A stretch of DNA of 64,000 nucleotides. Origin: Octopus sinensis. Lineage: Eukaryota. The notes beneath the pieces are model-generated. The model worked only from the letters and a program-made list of their open reading frames with translations, was not told the DNA's origin and did not search any database. The stretch's first letter is position 1. Every line of letters begins with the position of its first letter. Both the position numbers and the translations under genes were made by a program. Below, piece after piece: positions 51,067 to 64,000 of the stretch. The stretch is from contig NC_043010.1 in assembly GCF_006345805.1 (NCBI RefSeq), forward strand, positions 23,436,001 to 23,500,000, given 5' to 3'.

Positions 51067-53472
51067 CAGACATACACACACAACAGAGTTTGGGCATGTG
51101 AGCATGTGTGTAAACTCTGGCCAATTCAAGTTGTACGTTATGCTAAGTTAGAAAGTGTACTTGACAGCAATAAACTTAATTAAAATAGAATTAAGAGAAG
51201 GTAATAACCAAACTATAATTTTAAATATATTTCTCACTCAGATTTTGGAATGGCAACAAAGCAGAGATGATACCATAGATGTAATCTCAAATTACATAAC
51301 AAGAGAGGAGTAAATTAACTTTCTGATTCTGCAGACAAGATCTTCATTAAATTATTTTAACCGCCTGAAATGCGAATAGCTTGCGGGTATTTTTGTCTTT
51401 TTGTTGTTTTTCGTTTTTATTTTTCTTATGGTTTTCTTTGTTCAGTTTCTTATTTATTCTTGAAGTTACAGCTTCGGTTGGTTTTGAAGGCATCTCTTAG
51501 TTATTTCTGGACAATTTTCCAGCGAAATATCAGATCGTCTGTAAACAGCACTACAAATTACATGATAGACTTTATTATTTCAATTTGAAACCTTATTACT
51601 TGTGATTGCTTTTCGTTGCCAGTCTCTGCTTTTGACCAAAAGTACTGTCGTCCATACTATTTCTCTCTTATTCGTATGAAAGCGATGGAAAGAGAAAAAG
51701 ATGAGGTGTAGTGACGAGGAGAAATGGATGGAGAGAGAGAGTCAAAGAGAGAGAGGGGGAGAAAGAGTGCAAGGCCAACGCTCTCAATAATCGTCTCTTC
51801 TCTGTATCTCTTGTGAAATATTCTGCCTGCGGTACCAATATTATATCATGTTAAGCGGGAGCGGATTAATTGCAAAGGGACCAAGAAGGCTATCGTCTAT
51901 AATGCCGGCTATTATTTATCTTCCAAGTAAAGCATTGCTATTGGGTTGGTTCGGTCGACATGTATCTCAGTTGACACACAGATAATGAGCCGCTAATGAA
52001 ATGTAGTGCCAAGTCTCTCATTAGCTCAGTTGTCATTGGTTTAGAGAGACGAGAACATTACAAGCACACCATAGACATTTCTCAAATCCTATGAAAGAAA
52101 TTGCAGTCATTCTGCTTTTATTTATTTATTTATTTATTCCTTATAATTATGGCCAGTGAGATATGATTGATAAGAGTTCTACTAGAGATTGGAAGGAATT
52201 GGCGAAATTATAAGGTATTAGTTAACGTAGCTTGTTCTAATAAGTGGAAATTGAAAGGCCAATATTGGCAAGAAATATTTGTTTACTGGGAACGACTGTC
52301 CACTCGTAGAGGTTTCTGTAAAGATACATTATACACGCTAATTGTACTTACACCGGGAGACTTAGTACATAAGGTCGCTCAACGTGCAAGAAACAGCAGG
52401 TATATGTCTCTCCTATTAGGTTGTACAGTATTAGGCTAAAACAACAGGACATGAGATAATGTGATATTAGGTGTGCAGTTTCTAAGGGGAAAAAGATGAG
52501 ATGTTCATCGTTAAGTCTTTGACCGTATGTGTTCTCAATGAGGTAGGCCTTGGGAGTGAACAACGACAGCATTAAGAACAACGCTAATAAGACCGATAAG
52601 TCTAGATCTTTGCTCACCGACTGATGTATGAGAAATATATTAGTTGAGGCCAGAAAAGTTAATGAAGGGAAAGCTTACTTGAAATGTCGAAGGATCTTAA
52701 CAGGATGACTGTTGTTCTTCCTCAAACGGTTAAAATCGCAAACATACGCCATTCTGAGTTCACAACCTTCTTCCGTTTATGTGGAGAGTCTTGATACACA
52801 CCCATGCGTTTATCTTATGAACATCTTCAACAAAATAACAGGCACTCTATCACGTATTGTATGTACTTATACACACGCAAACACGTACAAATACACAGAC
52901 ACACACATAGTGAGAATGAGAAAGATATACATGTACATATGTATATATAGTTATATATATATGTGCGTGTATGTATATATACATAAATAGATAAGTATAT
53001 TGCAAAATACACAATCGCATATATATATATATATCTACATACACACACACACATACACACACACACACATATATATATATACACACCTATATGGATGGGT
53101 GCATACATGCATACAGACAGACAGACAAACAAACAAACATATACACATACACATATACACACATATATATACACATATACACATATATATAAATGCACAT
53201 ATACACATATATATATGCACATATACATATATATATATACACATATACACACATATATATATACACATATACACATACATATATACATACATACATATAT
53301 ACATATGCAGACATTATATATATACATATATACATATATACATATGCAGACATTATATATATACATATATAGCCATATATACATATATATACATATATAC
53401 ATTCAAATATACATGTATATATATACATACATACATACATACATACATACATACAAATATACATACATACAA

Positions 53473-53505
<33 letters not shown>

Positions 53506-54226
53506 CACGCATGCCAGTGGGTGTACTCACAGACACTCACACACACAACATACATGGATGAATGCAATTACTTCACTTAAAATATGTTCTGTACAATTTA
53601 CGAATGCATGTCTGCACAGACGCCACTGCAGTGAATGCCACAGAAACTGAAATGAAATAATTTAAATTGAATGGTAAATCACATTTTATTTCAGATATTT
53701 TAAATCTCCAAGAGCGAGGACACTAATTGTATAATTTCTATGCAAACTATAAACATTTAAAGGGTTTAGACTCTACTGGCAAATATCAAATATAAACGCT
53801 GGTCTATAATTTTCTATTTCAATCTAGAAAGTTTCTCAGCGTTCAACTCGTTTTTCTCACCAACATTTCTGCCACTCACACGAAACTGTTTGTGGTAACG
53901 TTGTTATTGTGAACAACACAAATAAACACATAGACACACTTATAAATACATATACATGTACACGAATACGCATAAACAAACACGAATATAACACACATAT
54001 ATGTACTGTACATAGGGAAATGCATATCATACGGGCAAAACATATACTCACACACACACGTATGCACACATACACAGACGTATTCGCATATATAACACGA
54101 TCGGACTTAATAACCACAAGCTATTTTGTTTTGTACGTTGATGTCTGCTTCACTCAGCGTTAGTAAAAAATATACACACAGAAAGGATCTTGTAAATATG
54201 TATATATATATATGTGTGTGTGTAAT

Positions 54227-54258
<32 letters not shown>

Positions 54259-54689
54259 GCATATATGCACGTATTCACATATGTAGGTGAGTATGTCTGT
54301 GCATGTGTACGCGCGAGTATGCATGTCGGTATATATTGATAGCGTCTGCATGTGTGTTTGCGTCTGCGTATGAACGCGTGTGTGAATCGATAGTGAACTA
54401 AGCATTTTTTTAGTGAATTTATTATTTCTTTTGTGTAATTTTTCTCTTTTTTTCATTATTTTGAAAATATTTTTAGGTAAACATTTTAACCCCGTCATCA
54501 CTGTGAATGCAGACAAGATGGATAAATTACTGTCTTTTATCTACCAGTGGGCTGAAAATGTGAAATCGTTCTCACCATTCCTTAGTTTTTGCAGATATGT
54601 ATCATGGAATGCACACCAACATCTCGTCTTTAGATTACATTAAAGTACAATATTAATTACCTTGTGCGGCTGGGAGACAAGTAGATTTC

Positions 54690-54826
54690 TTCTCAGTCAC
54701 AGGGTCCTGGGTTGAGTCCCGCTGCGTGGCATCTTGGGCAAGCGTGCTAGTGTCTTCAACTCTAGCCTCGGGCCGAGTAAAGCCTTGTGAATGGGTTTGG
54801 TAGACGGAAACTGAGAGAAGCTTGTC

Positions 54827-54830
<4 letters not shown>
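54690..54830 (+). mobile_element. SINE family A, 5' half
   Basis: GGGTTGAGTCCCGCTGCGTGGCATCTTGGGCAAG...GTAGACGGAAACTGAG. Confidence 0.7.
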
Positions 54831-54879
<49 letters not shown>

Positions 54880-55522
54880 TGCACTTACATGTGATACTTA
54901 TGAGAAATAGAGGTAGACGTATAAAAATAACTAAATAAATCTATATAAAGGGCATGGGCACATACAACATACGAAGCGAACACATACACACACCCAAACA
55001 TACACAGAAGAATTTCACGGACGGCCACAACAATGTCAACAACACGATTAACAACGACAACAGCAGCGGCGGTGACAACGATGGAAATAACAACATAAAC
55101 AACTACCACAATGGCAACACCGTGGGCGAACATACATACACAGAAGAATACAGGAACTCTACCATATTTTTCGGGTCTTAGGACAGCAAAGGAGAAGGCC
55201 ACACTGCTGCTAAAAGCTATGACACACATACACAAGCATACACAAACACATACACACATATGCACACACACAAACAAGGACACAAATGCAAGCGCACATA
55301 AGGATAAACACATAAGGATAAACAGAATGGAGTAAGTGGTGCAAGAACACACACGAAACGAAAAGTGTCGTTAAAGGGGTCACAGGTGTGTGATGAAAGA
55401 TTTCCAGACAATGGACATGAAATAAAATGATAAAATAAAAGGAGTAATAAACGAGTGAAGAAAAAATATATAGTGCATGTGTTCATTTGGCAAAAAATAA
55501 ATGACCATCCCGAAATACAATA

Positions 55523-55557
<35 letters not shown>

Positions 55558-55559
<2 letters not shown>

Positions 55560-58500
55560 CAATCCCTTCACACTTACACTTTCTATTAAAAAACCGCATT
55601 ACCCACATATGGAATGAGAAACTTAAAGCCAGAAAATTTACTTTCTGGAATACGATTAAAAACAATCACAAGGTAGAAATCTACGAACGCTAGCTAAATT
55701 CTACATCAATAATTTTGCCTTGTAAATTCCAAATTAAGCGTATTCCAAACGAGGAGGATCAACAAAGACAATTAAGAGAGAAACTTACACTGGAAAAAAT
55801 GAAGACAGAAATAGAACTCCTTAACCTTAGAGCACTAAGCAATGAACAAAAAGTTAAAAACATAGATGAAGAGATTTACAACGAATTAAAGAAACTTACG
55901 GACGGTCCCCGCTTGGAAAATGTTTTTAAACTATGGAAAACAACTTGCGTGGATGAAGAAATTAACTCCTTACAACGCTGGGATAAACAAGCCAATTTCG
56001 TTAATAACTACGAAACTCAGTTTAACATAGAAAACGCATCGGATAACCCCTTCCTGAAGAAATATAAACCAAAAACAGACACAGAAATTACCCCACGTGT
56101 ATTAAACACAAACCACAGACGGTCTAGGGGACGCAACTCGACCTTCTTTAACTCTCTTACTCCACCAAATAACTATCAAACAACTATCGATAATTCAACG
56201 CACAGGAGGAAATCTAGACTTAATCTTCAAGGTATCCCACATACAAACCAAAGATTTCATCGAAACCTCCAGACAAACCTAAGTGTTAGTGAACCAATGC
56301 CTACCAGGAAGAACTTTACCCCCAACACAACCACTTCAAGCAGTCAACGAGACAAAGCATGACTAGACGACATAACCTCTCCCTCCAACCATATCACAAT
56401 ATTAAAAATCAATCAAACCCAAACTACATTAGCCACAGACGATATAACAACCCTCAGTACAACCATAATCCAGTACACTACACAACCACTCCACCACAAA
56501 CATACTACCATAGACCCACCTTTTCCTCAGCAAACCAAACAAAATACAGACCTTCCACTACAATCCACATACTACAACCATTTTTTAGACGCAAACTAGA
56601 GAAACAGAGATGTGAAATGGAAACAAATAAACAAGTCCAACCGAAAATAATCAACCTGTCAAAGATAATCCTGAGTTCTATAGAAATCAAAATCCTAACA
56701 AGAGGTTTAAAATTTACCCCTACCCTCCGCAGATCGGACCCAAATGAAATCAAGGACAATACTTTGGACTTCTGCCGAAAATTACGCCTCACAGAAGCTC
56801 TTTACAACTACACCAGAGAAGATGATTCAATAGTGAAAAACAAAAGTGAGTACCATCCTACAAAAGGTAGAAATAAAGCACTTGATGTTTTCTGTGATCA
56901 CATAACTTGTTTTACTCATAATACCATTCCAAAACAACATATCAAATCCAACCTTAATTTAAATGAATGGAAAGACCTTGTCGAGCTAAAAAATGACATA
57001 AACCTCACTATTAAAGAAGCCGACAAAGGAAGTGCGGTAGTATTGATGGATACAGAGTACTACAAAAATTTAATACTTTCCATGTTGGAAAATAATACTT
57101 ACTATGAGAAACTAACATATCACAACCCACAGAAAACACTGAAAAACTTATCCTCCTTACTCCAAATTCATGGAAAGGGTCTTACAACACATGAAATAGA
57201 CTTCTTATCCAATTTCAAATACAGTCTCTGTCTATTCTACGGATTACCCAAAATACATAAAAATCCACTCATTCGTGAAGCCTGCAAAGTCTCTACAAGC
57301 CTATGCATTAATGCCCCTCCCCCTACTAACCTCAAACTGAGACACATCATAGCTGGCCCTTCTTGTGAAACCCACCGTTTGAGCAACTTCCTCGACATAT
57401 CACTCAAACCTCTTTTAAAATATGTGAAACGCTTTATCAGGGATGACCTAGACATGCTGAACCACCTCCCAAAGACAGTAAAGGAAGGAAGACTACTGGT
57501 ATCTTTCGATGTGGTGAATCTATACACCAACATCCCACACGACTATGGTGTAGAAGCAATCACATTTTGGCTTGAAAAATACCCAGAAGAGATCCCAGGA
57601 CGAATTAACCACAATTTTATAATTGAAGCACTGAAATTCGTCCTGCTGAACAATCATTTCTTGTTCGATACTACGTACTATCGACAAAAATGCGGAATTG
57701 CAATGGGAACCAGAGCTGCTCCAGTGATTGCAAACCTCGTAATGGGTTACCACAAACTCAAGTTATACCAATCATCACTAGAAAAATATGGCGCCTCTTT
57801 TAATTGCTACTTAAAGGAGAACTGGAAGAGATATTTAGATGATTGCTTCATACTTTGGAAAGACAGCATGGATCAACTCCTTGATTTCAAAAGAATGCTC
57901 AACAACATACACAGCAATATACAATTCACTATGGAACACAACAGTAAGTAACTCCCTTTTCTAGACATCTTAATTAGAATAGTTAACAACCACATAGAAA
58001 CAGACATCTTTTATAAGCCCACAGATTCTAAACAATACCTATTATTTAACTCCTGCCACCCTAAACACATAAAAACCAACATACCCTTTAACCTAGCGAA
58101 AAGAATCTGCACCATAGTTTCCGATACATACACTCGAGAACATAGACTCCTTGAACTTAGATCTACACTAACTAAAAGACATTACCCAATTTGAAGGCAT
58201 AAAAGGAGCTAAGGAAATAGATATACAAATGTTAAGGAAAACTAGCCGAAATACTAAACAAGACTTAAAAATACTCCCGTACATTTCCACACATAACCCC
58301 AGAAACAACGAAGCCTTCAACATCATCACCCAAAATCTCCCCATCCTCACATCAGACAAAACAATGAACGAAATTTTAGCTCATATAAAATTATAAAAAG
58401 CAAAAAGCAACCGAAGTCACCGAAAAAAATATTAACCAGCGCTAGACTGTACCCACTAACCACAGAGCCAAAAGTGACAAAATGTGGACGTCGTAACTGT

Positions 58501-59265
58501 GGAACATGCCCCCACCTTCTGGAGAGTTCAAACTTCAAATTCAATCAAGGAGAAATATTTAAGATCAAATCAAATTTCACCTGAGCCTCAGTAAATGTAA
58601 TCTATGTCATAACATGCATAGGATGTGGTAAACTCTATATTGGGCAAACAGGAATTTCGCTCCGTCAAAGAATCACTATGGACAAATCCGTCACCCACAA
58701 TACAGGCAGTTAAAGGTGAGTGAACACATAGAAAGATGTGCCAGGAATCTTAATCCCAATTTCCAAATATTTCCCTTTTACCAATGTTCACAGAACACCA
58801 CAATGCAATAAAGGTTGAATAAAGAGGCATTTTTCATCAATAAATTTCTTCCCCAACTAAATATGAACACACAACTCAATACAGAACACCACTAACCCCT
58901 ATACACTTCCTACATCACTCACATCTCTAAATCCAGAACTACTTATCTCCCTTACAAATAATCTTTTTTCTCGGGAACTATTAGATCTGACACCGTGTAT
59001 TAGCCGGTGTTTTTCAAGCGATGAACAACCTTGCGTAAACCATGGTTCGCTTTGTTATCTTACTTTATTATCATCTTATAATCATCTCATAATAATGACT
59101 TTTATGACTCTTATTACTACCTCAGTCAATCTAAATGTATATATTTGTGGCTAACTGTCATAAATAGCTTTTTTTTATTTGCAATGTGCATATTCGTTGA
59201 TTTTTCATATTTTACTCTTACATTTCCACGTGTATTTTATATTTTCTTTTTGTAACATATTTCTA

Positions 59266-59268
<3 letters not shown>
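55558..59268 (+). mobile_element. Penelope-like element, near complete: N-terminal region, RT, GIY-YIG, 3' pLTR; several stops and frameshifts
   Basis: KEADKGSAVVLMD, YGLPKIHK, SFDVVNLYTNIP, GIAMGT, RYLDDCF (56359-57951); after one stop LPFLDI, FYKPTD, SCHP; NVIYVITCIGCGKLYIGQTG near 58595-58655; (TA)n on both flanks. Confidence 0.92.
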
Positions 59269-59304
<36 letters not shown>

Positions 59305-59754
59305 ATTGTAAAAAAATACAAACTGGGACAAGAACGTAAAACTTTTAGAAGACGATGCAAAAAACACGGACGGGACATTCGAAGCCTTCAATCTTCAGTC
59401 AAGAACCGGATCATCTTCGCAATTTCGGCTGATTAATCTTGAGATTGCTCTGATCTGGCCAGCCCCAAAGGAAAATCTAAGCCAAGCGCATTTACGCGTT
59501 TAATATTCCCTGTCACACATTCCGGCGCTAAGATATGAATATGTTCTGTGGAGATGGTAACAGATAGGTGGCTAAAGATTTTTGCTTCGAACATCCCTGG
59601 TGATATTTGATTTCATTTTCGGGCAGGATTGCACATTGCTTTAGCTAATAAATTCCTTTCACCATATAAACGATGGATTATCAGCAGGAGCCTAAAATCT
59701 GGAGAGAATGGATTAAGGATATTTCAAGCTTTTATCTTCTATCTTTTTTATGAC

Positions 59755-59936
59755 TTACTTGTTTCAGTCATTAGACTGCGGCCATGTTGGAGCATCGGCT
59801 TGAAGAAATTTTTAAGCTTTATAATTATTGTATCGGTCTCATTGCCAAACCGCTAACCGGAGTTAGCGGGACGTAGACCCAACAACACCTGTTAACAAGC
59901 AATGATGGGAAACACTCACACATGCACACGCCCCTC

Positions 59937-59979
<43 letters not shown>

Positions 59980-60160
59980 ATAAATATGTATGTATATATT
60001 TATGTGTATGCATATGTATACGACGGGCTTCTTTCAGTTTCTCTCTACCAAATCCGCTCTCATGACTTTGATCGGACTGAGGCTATAACAGAAAACATTT
60101 TCCCAAGATGCCACGCTGTGTGGTTGGGAAGCAAGCTTCTTACCACGCAGCCAAGCCTCT
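59755..60160 (-). mobile_element. SINE family A, full copy
   Basis: TTTCAGTCATTAGACTGCGGCCATG tail through ACCACGCAGCC head. Confidence 0.8.
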
Positions 60161-60344
60161 CTGAATTTATATTTCGCACGTTTGTGTAGACTCCAGTTCG
60201 GAAGGCCCTTCACTGCAGTACCTTTCTCTGAAGATAATTTTCTTTATAGACAAAATATATGAAAAATACCGAGCTGGGTTATGAATAAAAGTTATCGGTC
60301 TATAGTGCACGATTTCTGCATTGAATCCTTCGTTAGTAGCCTAA

Positions 60345-60445
60345 TACTGGATCTCTTTCAGTCAGGTGTCCCAGATGAACCAACTTCACGGCAGGAGGTG
60401 CTGTTGAGGGCTACTGCATCGAACTCTCTCATGCACCAAATGGCT
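60345..60445 (+). mobile_element. CR1-type LINE 3' fragment, same family as 13161-15993
   Basis: LDLFQSGVPDEPTSRQE matches LDLFLSGVPDEPTSRQE (ORF 13237-13539). Confidence 0.8.
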
Positions 60446-62323
60446 CTTATATGTAAACATAAAAAAGATTTTAATTAATTAATATGATGATGATAGTTGT
60501 TGTAATGACGATGGTGACGATGAAAATGATGAAGATGATGACGACAACGGCTGTGAAGGAGCGGGAGGCGAAGAGAAGAAAACGAAAAAGAAGAAAAAGA
60601 AAAAGAAAAAGGAACCAGGAGAAAGAAAGAGAGAGAGAAAAAAGAGAGAGAAAGTAAGAAAGAAATAGAGAAAGAGAGAGAGAAAGAGAAGAAGAAAGAG
60701 AGAAAGAAAAAAGAAAGAAAGAAAAAAGAAGGAAAGAAGAAAAAAGAAAGAAAAAAAGAAATAAACAAACAAACAAAGACAGTCAGTGAAGTTTGCTGTA
60801 GATTGGTGGCTCAGTCAGGTGTTCTTGTTTAGCTAAATCCTCATTGAAAGAATTGCGAAGATGATTGCCAGGAACAATAGCATTGCAGGTTCGAAAACAT
60901 CGGAGTCACCTTCACATGTAACATGCATGGAGGAGCGGAAGGTGAGGCTTCGGGAATTACTTGGTAGGCTTAATGTAAAGTTGTCTTTAAAGTAGGTGGC
61001 AATTGTGGAGAGGTCAATGTGAGGTTAATACTTGCAGAACCATTAATGTCCTGAACCGGGAACATTCTGCAAAGTGGGTAGCCAGGTTTTTGGCAAGGGA
61101 ACAAAACAACCTGCTGCAGTTATGCATGTATGTCCATATATAAATAACTGTGAACGTGTGATTGTGTGTATGTGTTCGTGCGTGCGTCTCGATGTGATAG
61201 AATGTACAAAAAATTAAATTTAAAACAGCGCATATATACACACGAACACAACCACAGATATATATATACATATATATACACATATATACATATATATATA
61301 TACATATATATACACATATATACACATATATATACATATATATACACATATATACACACACATATATAAACATATATATACACACACACATATATAAATA
61401 TATATATATATACACATATATATACATATATATATATACACACATATATATATATATACACACAAATATATATATATATATACATATATATACAGATATA
61501 TATATACACACATATATATACACATATATATAAAGAGAGGGATGTACATACACATCAAACACACACACGCACACACACACATACATACATACATACATAC
61601 ATACATACATACATACATACATACATACATACATACATACACCCTATATACCCTCAATTCAGTACAAGTATTAGTTTTCATGGAATTGGTACTGCTGTGG
61701 TTTTGCATATGGCAAATATTGCACATTTCTTCTCTCACCCACACACATATACATACACACACGCACACATAATTACATACCTAAATACACATATATACAT
61801 ACATATACACATACACGTATATATATATGTAAATGTGTAGGTATGTACATATATATATGTAGGTATGTACATACACGCATGCATAGATACATACACACAA
61901 AGACATCTAGAATTATCAGATTTCATGACTCCGCAGACAGCTGTGGATATTTCAGAAGCGTCTCATTATTCGTTTCCACTTCCCCAAACTTTCTGCACAC
62001 ACCATTCTATTCATAAATTCTATTCCCAAAATTGCTCGAACCAAATTCTTCCTAACCTGATCACTCACAGCATCATTTCCTTTTAACACTATGTTGTAAG
62101 CAAAGAGTCCATTCCTTTATTTTTGGTTCTTTTTCGCTTTCTTTGCTTCTTTTTCTCCCCCATTCTTTAAAAGGAACATTTCAGTTTAAAAACTTAGAAT
62201 TCAAAATGCTCTATTTGACACAAAGTTTGGGTTTTCGAAATTGTAGCTCGTCCTTCATAAAAACACAACTAAATTTACCTATTGACAAAAAGAAAAAAGA
62301 AAGACAAGAAAATAAACGATATA

Positions 62324-62469
62324 GGCGCAGGCGTGGCTGTGTAGCAAGAAACATGCTTCCCAACCACATGGTTCCAGGTTCACTTCCACGGCGAATCTTC
62401 AACTATAGCCTTGGGCCGACCAAAGCCTTGTGAGTGGATTTGTAGACGGAAACTGGAAGTCCGCCGTAT

Positions 62470-62512
<43 letters not shown>

Positions 62513-62692
62513 CCGTCCCCACCATCGCTTGACAATCGATACTGGTGTGTTTATGTCCCTGTATCTTAGCGGTCCGGCAAAAGAGACTGATAGAATAAGT
62601 ACTAGGCTTACAAAAAATAAGTTCTAGGGTCGATTTCTTCGACTAAAGGCGGCGCTCCAGCATGGCCGCAGTCAAATGACTGAAACAAATAA
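62324..62692 (+). mobile_element. SINE family A, full copy
   Basis: GGCGCAGGCGTGGCTGTGTAG head to GCTCCAGCATGGCCGCAGTCAAATGACTGAAACA tail. Confidence 0.9.
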
Positions 62693-62884
62693 GATGGTTT
62701 TTATAATCCTGAGAGAAACACTGGGTATATATAGGCAGTGACCTACGAAAGAAAGTTTAGTCCCTGCTGTTTCATCATAGAACAGCTGGATCGGTTTATG
62801 CAGTGAGCTTATAAACAATGGTGACGATGATGCCGAAAATCCAACGACCATAATATTCACTCATATCTTTGCATCAAACATTAC

Positions 62885-63420
62885 AACACCACCTCCTGTA
62901 CCTATACCTTAGAATCATCATCGCATCTGATTTTGCTTTTTAACCCAGACAATGTGTCGAAAAGACACCCACATAGATTGCATATCCGATTTAGACCACC
63001 AAGACCAACAGATAAGTTCTGATCTTCGTGGATCTTAAGATGTTTTTTGAGGCCTTCATTATATTTCCTAACCTGGCATACATTACATTGAAAGGTGTGC
63101 ACAGACATATAGGCAAAATAGATGGTAGAGGTTCGTTTTCCATGGGTTCGCAAATGAGATTTGAGCCCAACAAAAGAAAGGCAAACTGTGCACACAAAAA
63201 GGTCATTGTGATTCACCTCTATCGTTACATTCTTCCTTAAATCTCTCTTGAGTCTTGCATGCGCCATCTTGCCCTCTTCAAACGCTTTCATTCCACTCCA
63301 CACTTTTCTTCGCCATCCAGCTCGATCCAAAGACTGGTCAAAAGGACCCTTGCGAGCCATAAATGTTCTCCTAATATTCCATTTTCTGTCTGTATTATTT
63401 GTCTGTACCTTTTTTTTACT
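62885..63420 (-). mobile_element. RTE-type C-terminal fragment with three C2H2-like fingers
   Basis: DRAGWRRKVWSGMKAFEE (compare [18 protein letters not shown] in the 41784 RTE), then CTVC..SHLRTH, CNVC..KHLKIH, CNLC..KSKIRC. Confidence 0.65.
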
Positions 63421-64000
63421 CATTTATACTTTATTCACTTATGCTGAAATCTGCACCTCGGAAATATTACAGAAAGTACTTCAACATAAAATACATGTCT
63501 GAATAGCCACGGGCGGATCTCTTCCTTAAGCTAGGTTCTATTATCTGCACACGCTGCAAGAATATCTGCAACAATATCAGGTACTGGCACTTCTGCACCG
63601 AGTTTGTTATATTTGTGTGTGCATGTTACTCCGACCTAACAAGGTGCCTCAGCTTAAGTTATCGAACTCAACTGAATTTTAATGTTTCTTCCCAAAGAAC
63701 TTCTAATAGTTTCATGCTTTAGAGATACAATAAATTGGCAGATTTATATAACATTAATTGTATCTCCAAGCAATCTTCCAGGCTCAGTGCATACCGATAG
63801 ATGTATTTAAAAATCAGGACGCTGGTCTTTGAGAAAACATGAGAAAAAACAAGAAGGAAAAAGAAACGAAAACTAATGAAAAAAACTCGAACGATTTATC
63901 GACTGCACAGTATAGTAGGGTCAATTGGGCACCGTCTGTGAGAAGAACACTACCATGATGCAATTCACTCTGCCAGAAATTTTGAAAGAACATGCTGTAC

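Noticed and set aside
51820-52080. Non-repetitive stretch with several TAAT/ATTA motifs, possible enhancer
   Set aside because: Such motifs are expected by chance in AT-rich DNA; needs conservation or chromatin data.
52348-52617. ORF with a signal-peptide-like start (MSKDLDLSVLLALFLML...)
   Set aside because: Starts at GTG, which is not a normal eukaryotic start; short; hydrophobicity is expected from T-rich sequence.
59305-59520. CTGAAGA and CTCAAGA...CGAAA motifs on the minus strand of a probable pLTR-like fragment
   Set aside because: Could not build stems II and III plus a UH site in the correct order; not called as a hammerhead.

Overview
Eukaryotic, AT-rich, repeat-saturated DNA. The SINE families and the very high microsatellite density point to an octopus (cephalopod) genome; this is inference, not a database result. 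I see no prokaryotic features, rRNA, true tRNA or CRISPR array. Most ORFs in the track are translations of (TA)n/(CA)n/(TATC)n/(GAT)n repeats. Real content: (1) retrotransposons of five clades (a near full-length Tx1/L1, a 5'-truncated CR1-type LINE, a GC-rich RTE with an intact RT ORF, a near-complete Penelope plus fragments, an R4/Dong-type 3' end); (2) four tRNA-derived SINE families; (3) a head-to-tail Helitron dimer and a Helentron-type HINE; (4) one non-TE-looking ORF (29773-30927, minus) encoding a coiled-coil protein with a C-terminal transmembrane anchor. The main hidden signal is RNA structure. Read by hand, the window holds eight type I hammerhead ribozyme (HHR) motifs from four sequence families (six with intact cores, two mutated), plus one decayed remnant. 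Four sit in a 353-bp tandem repeat arranged as a fold-back (49508-51025). This has the architecture of a retrozyme, a non-coding self-cleaving retroelement expected to make circular RNA, and it lies 4.5 kb from a Penelope RT/GIY-YIG element that is a plausible mobilising partner. Also notable: two SINE/LINE 3'-tail matches (one with compensatory base changes) and several elements inserted inside specific microsatellites. All alignments and folds were done by eye.
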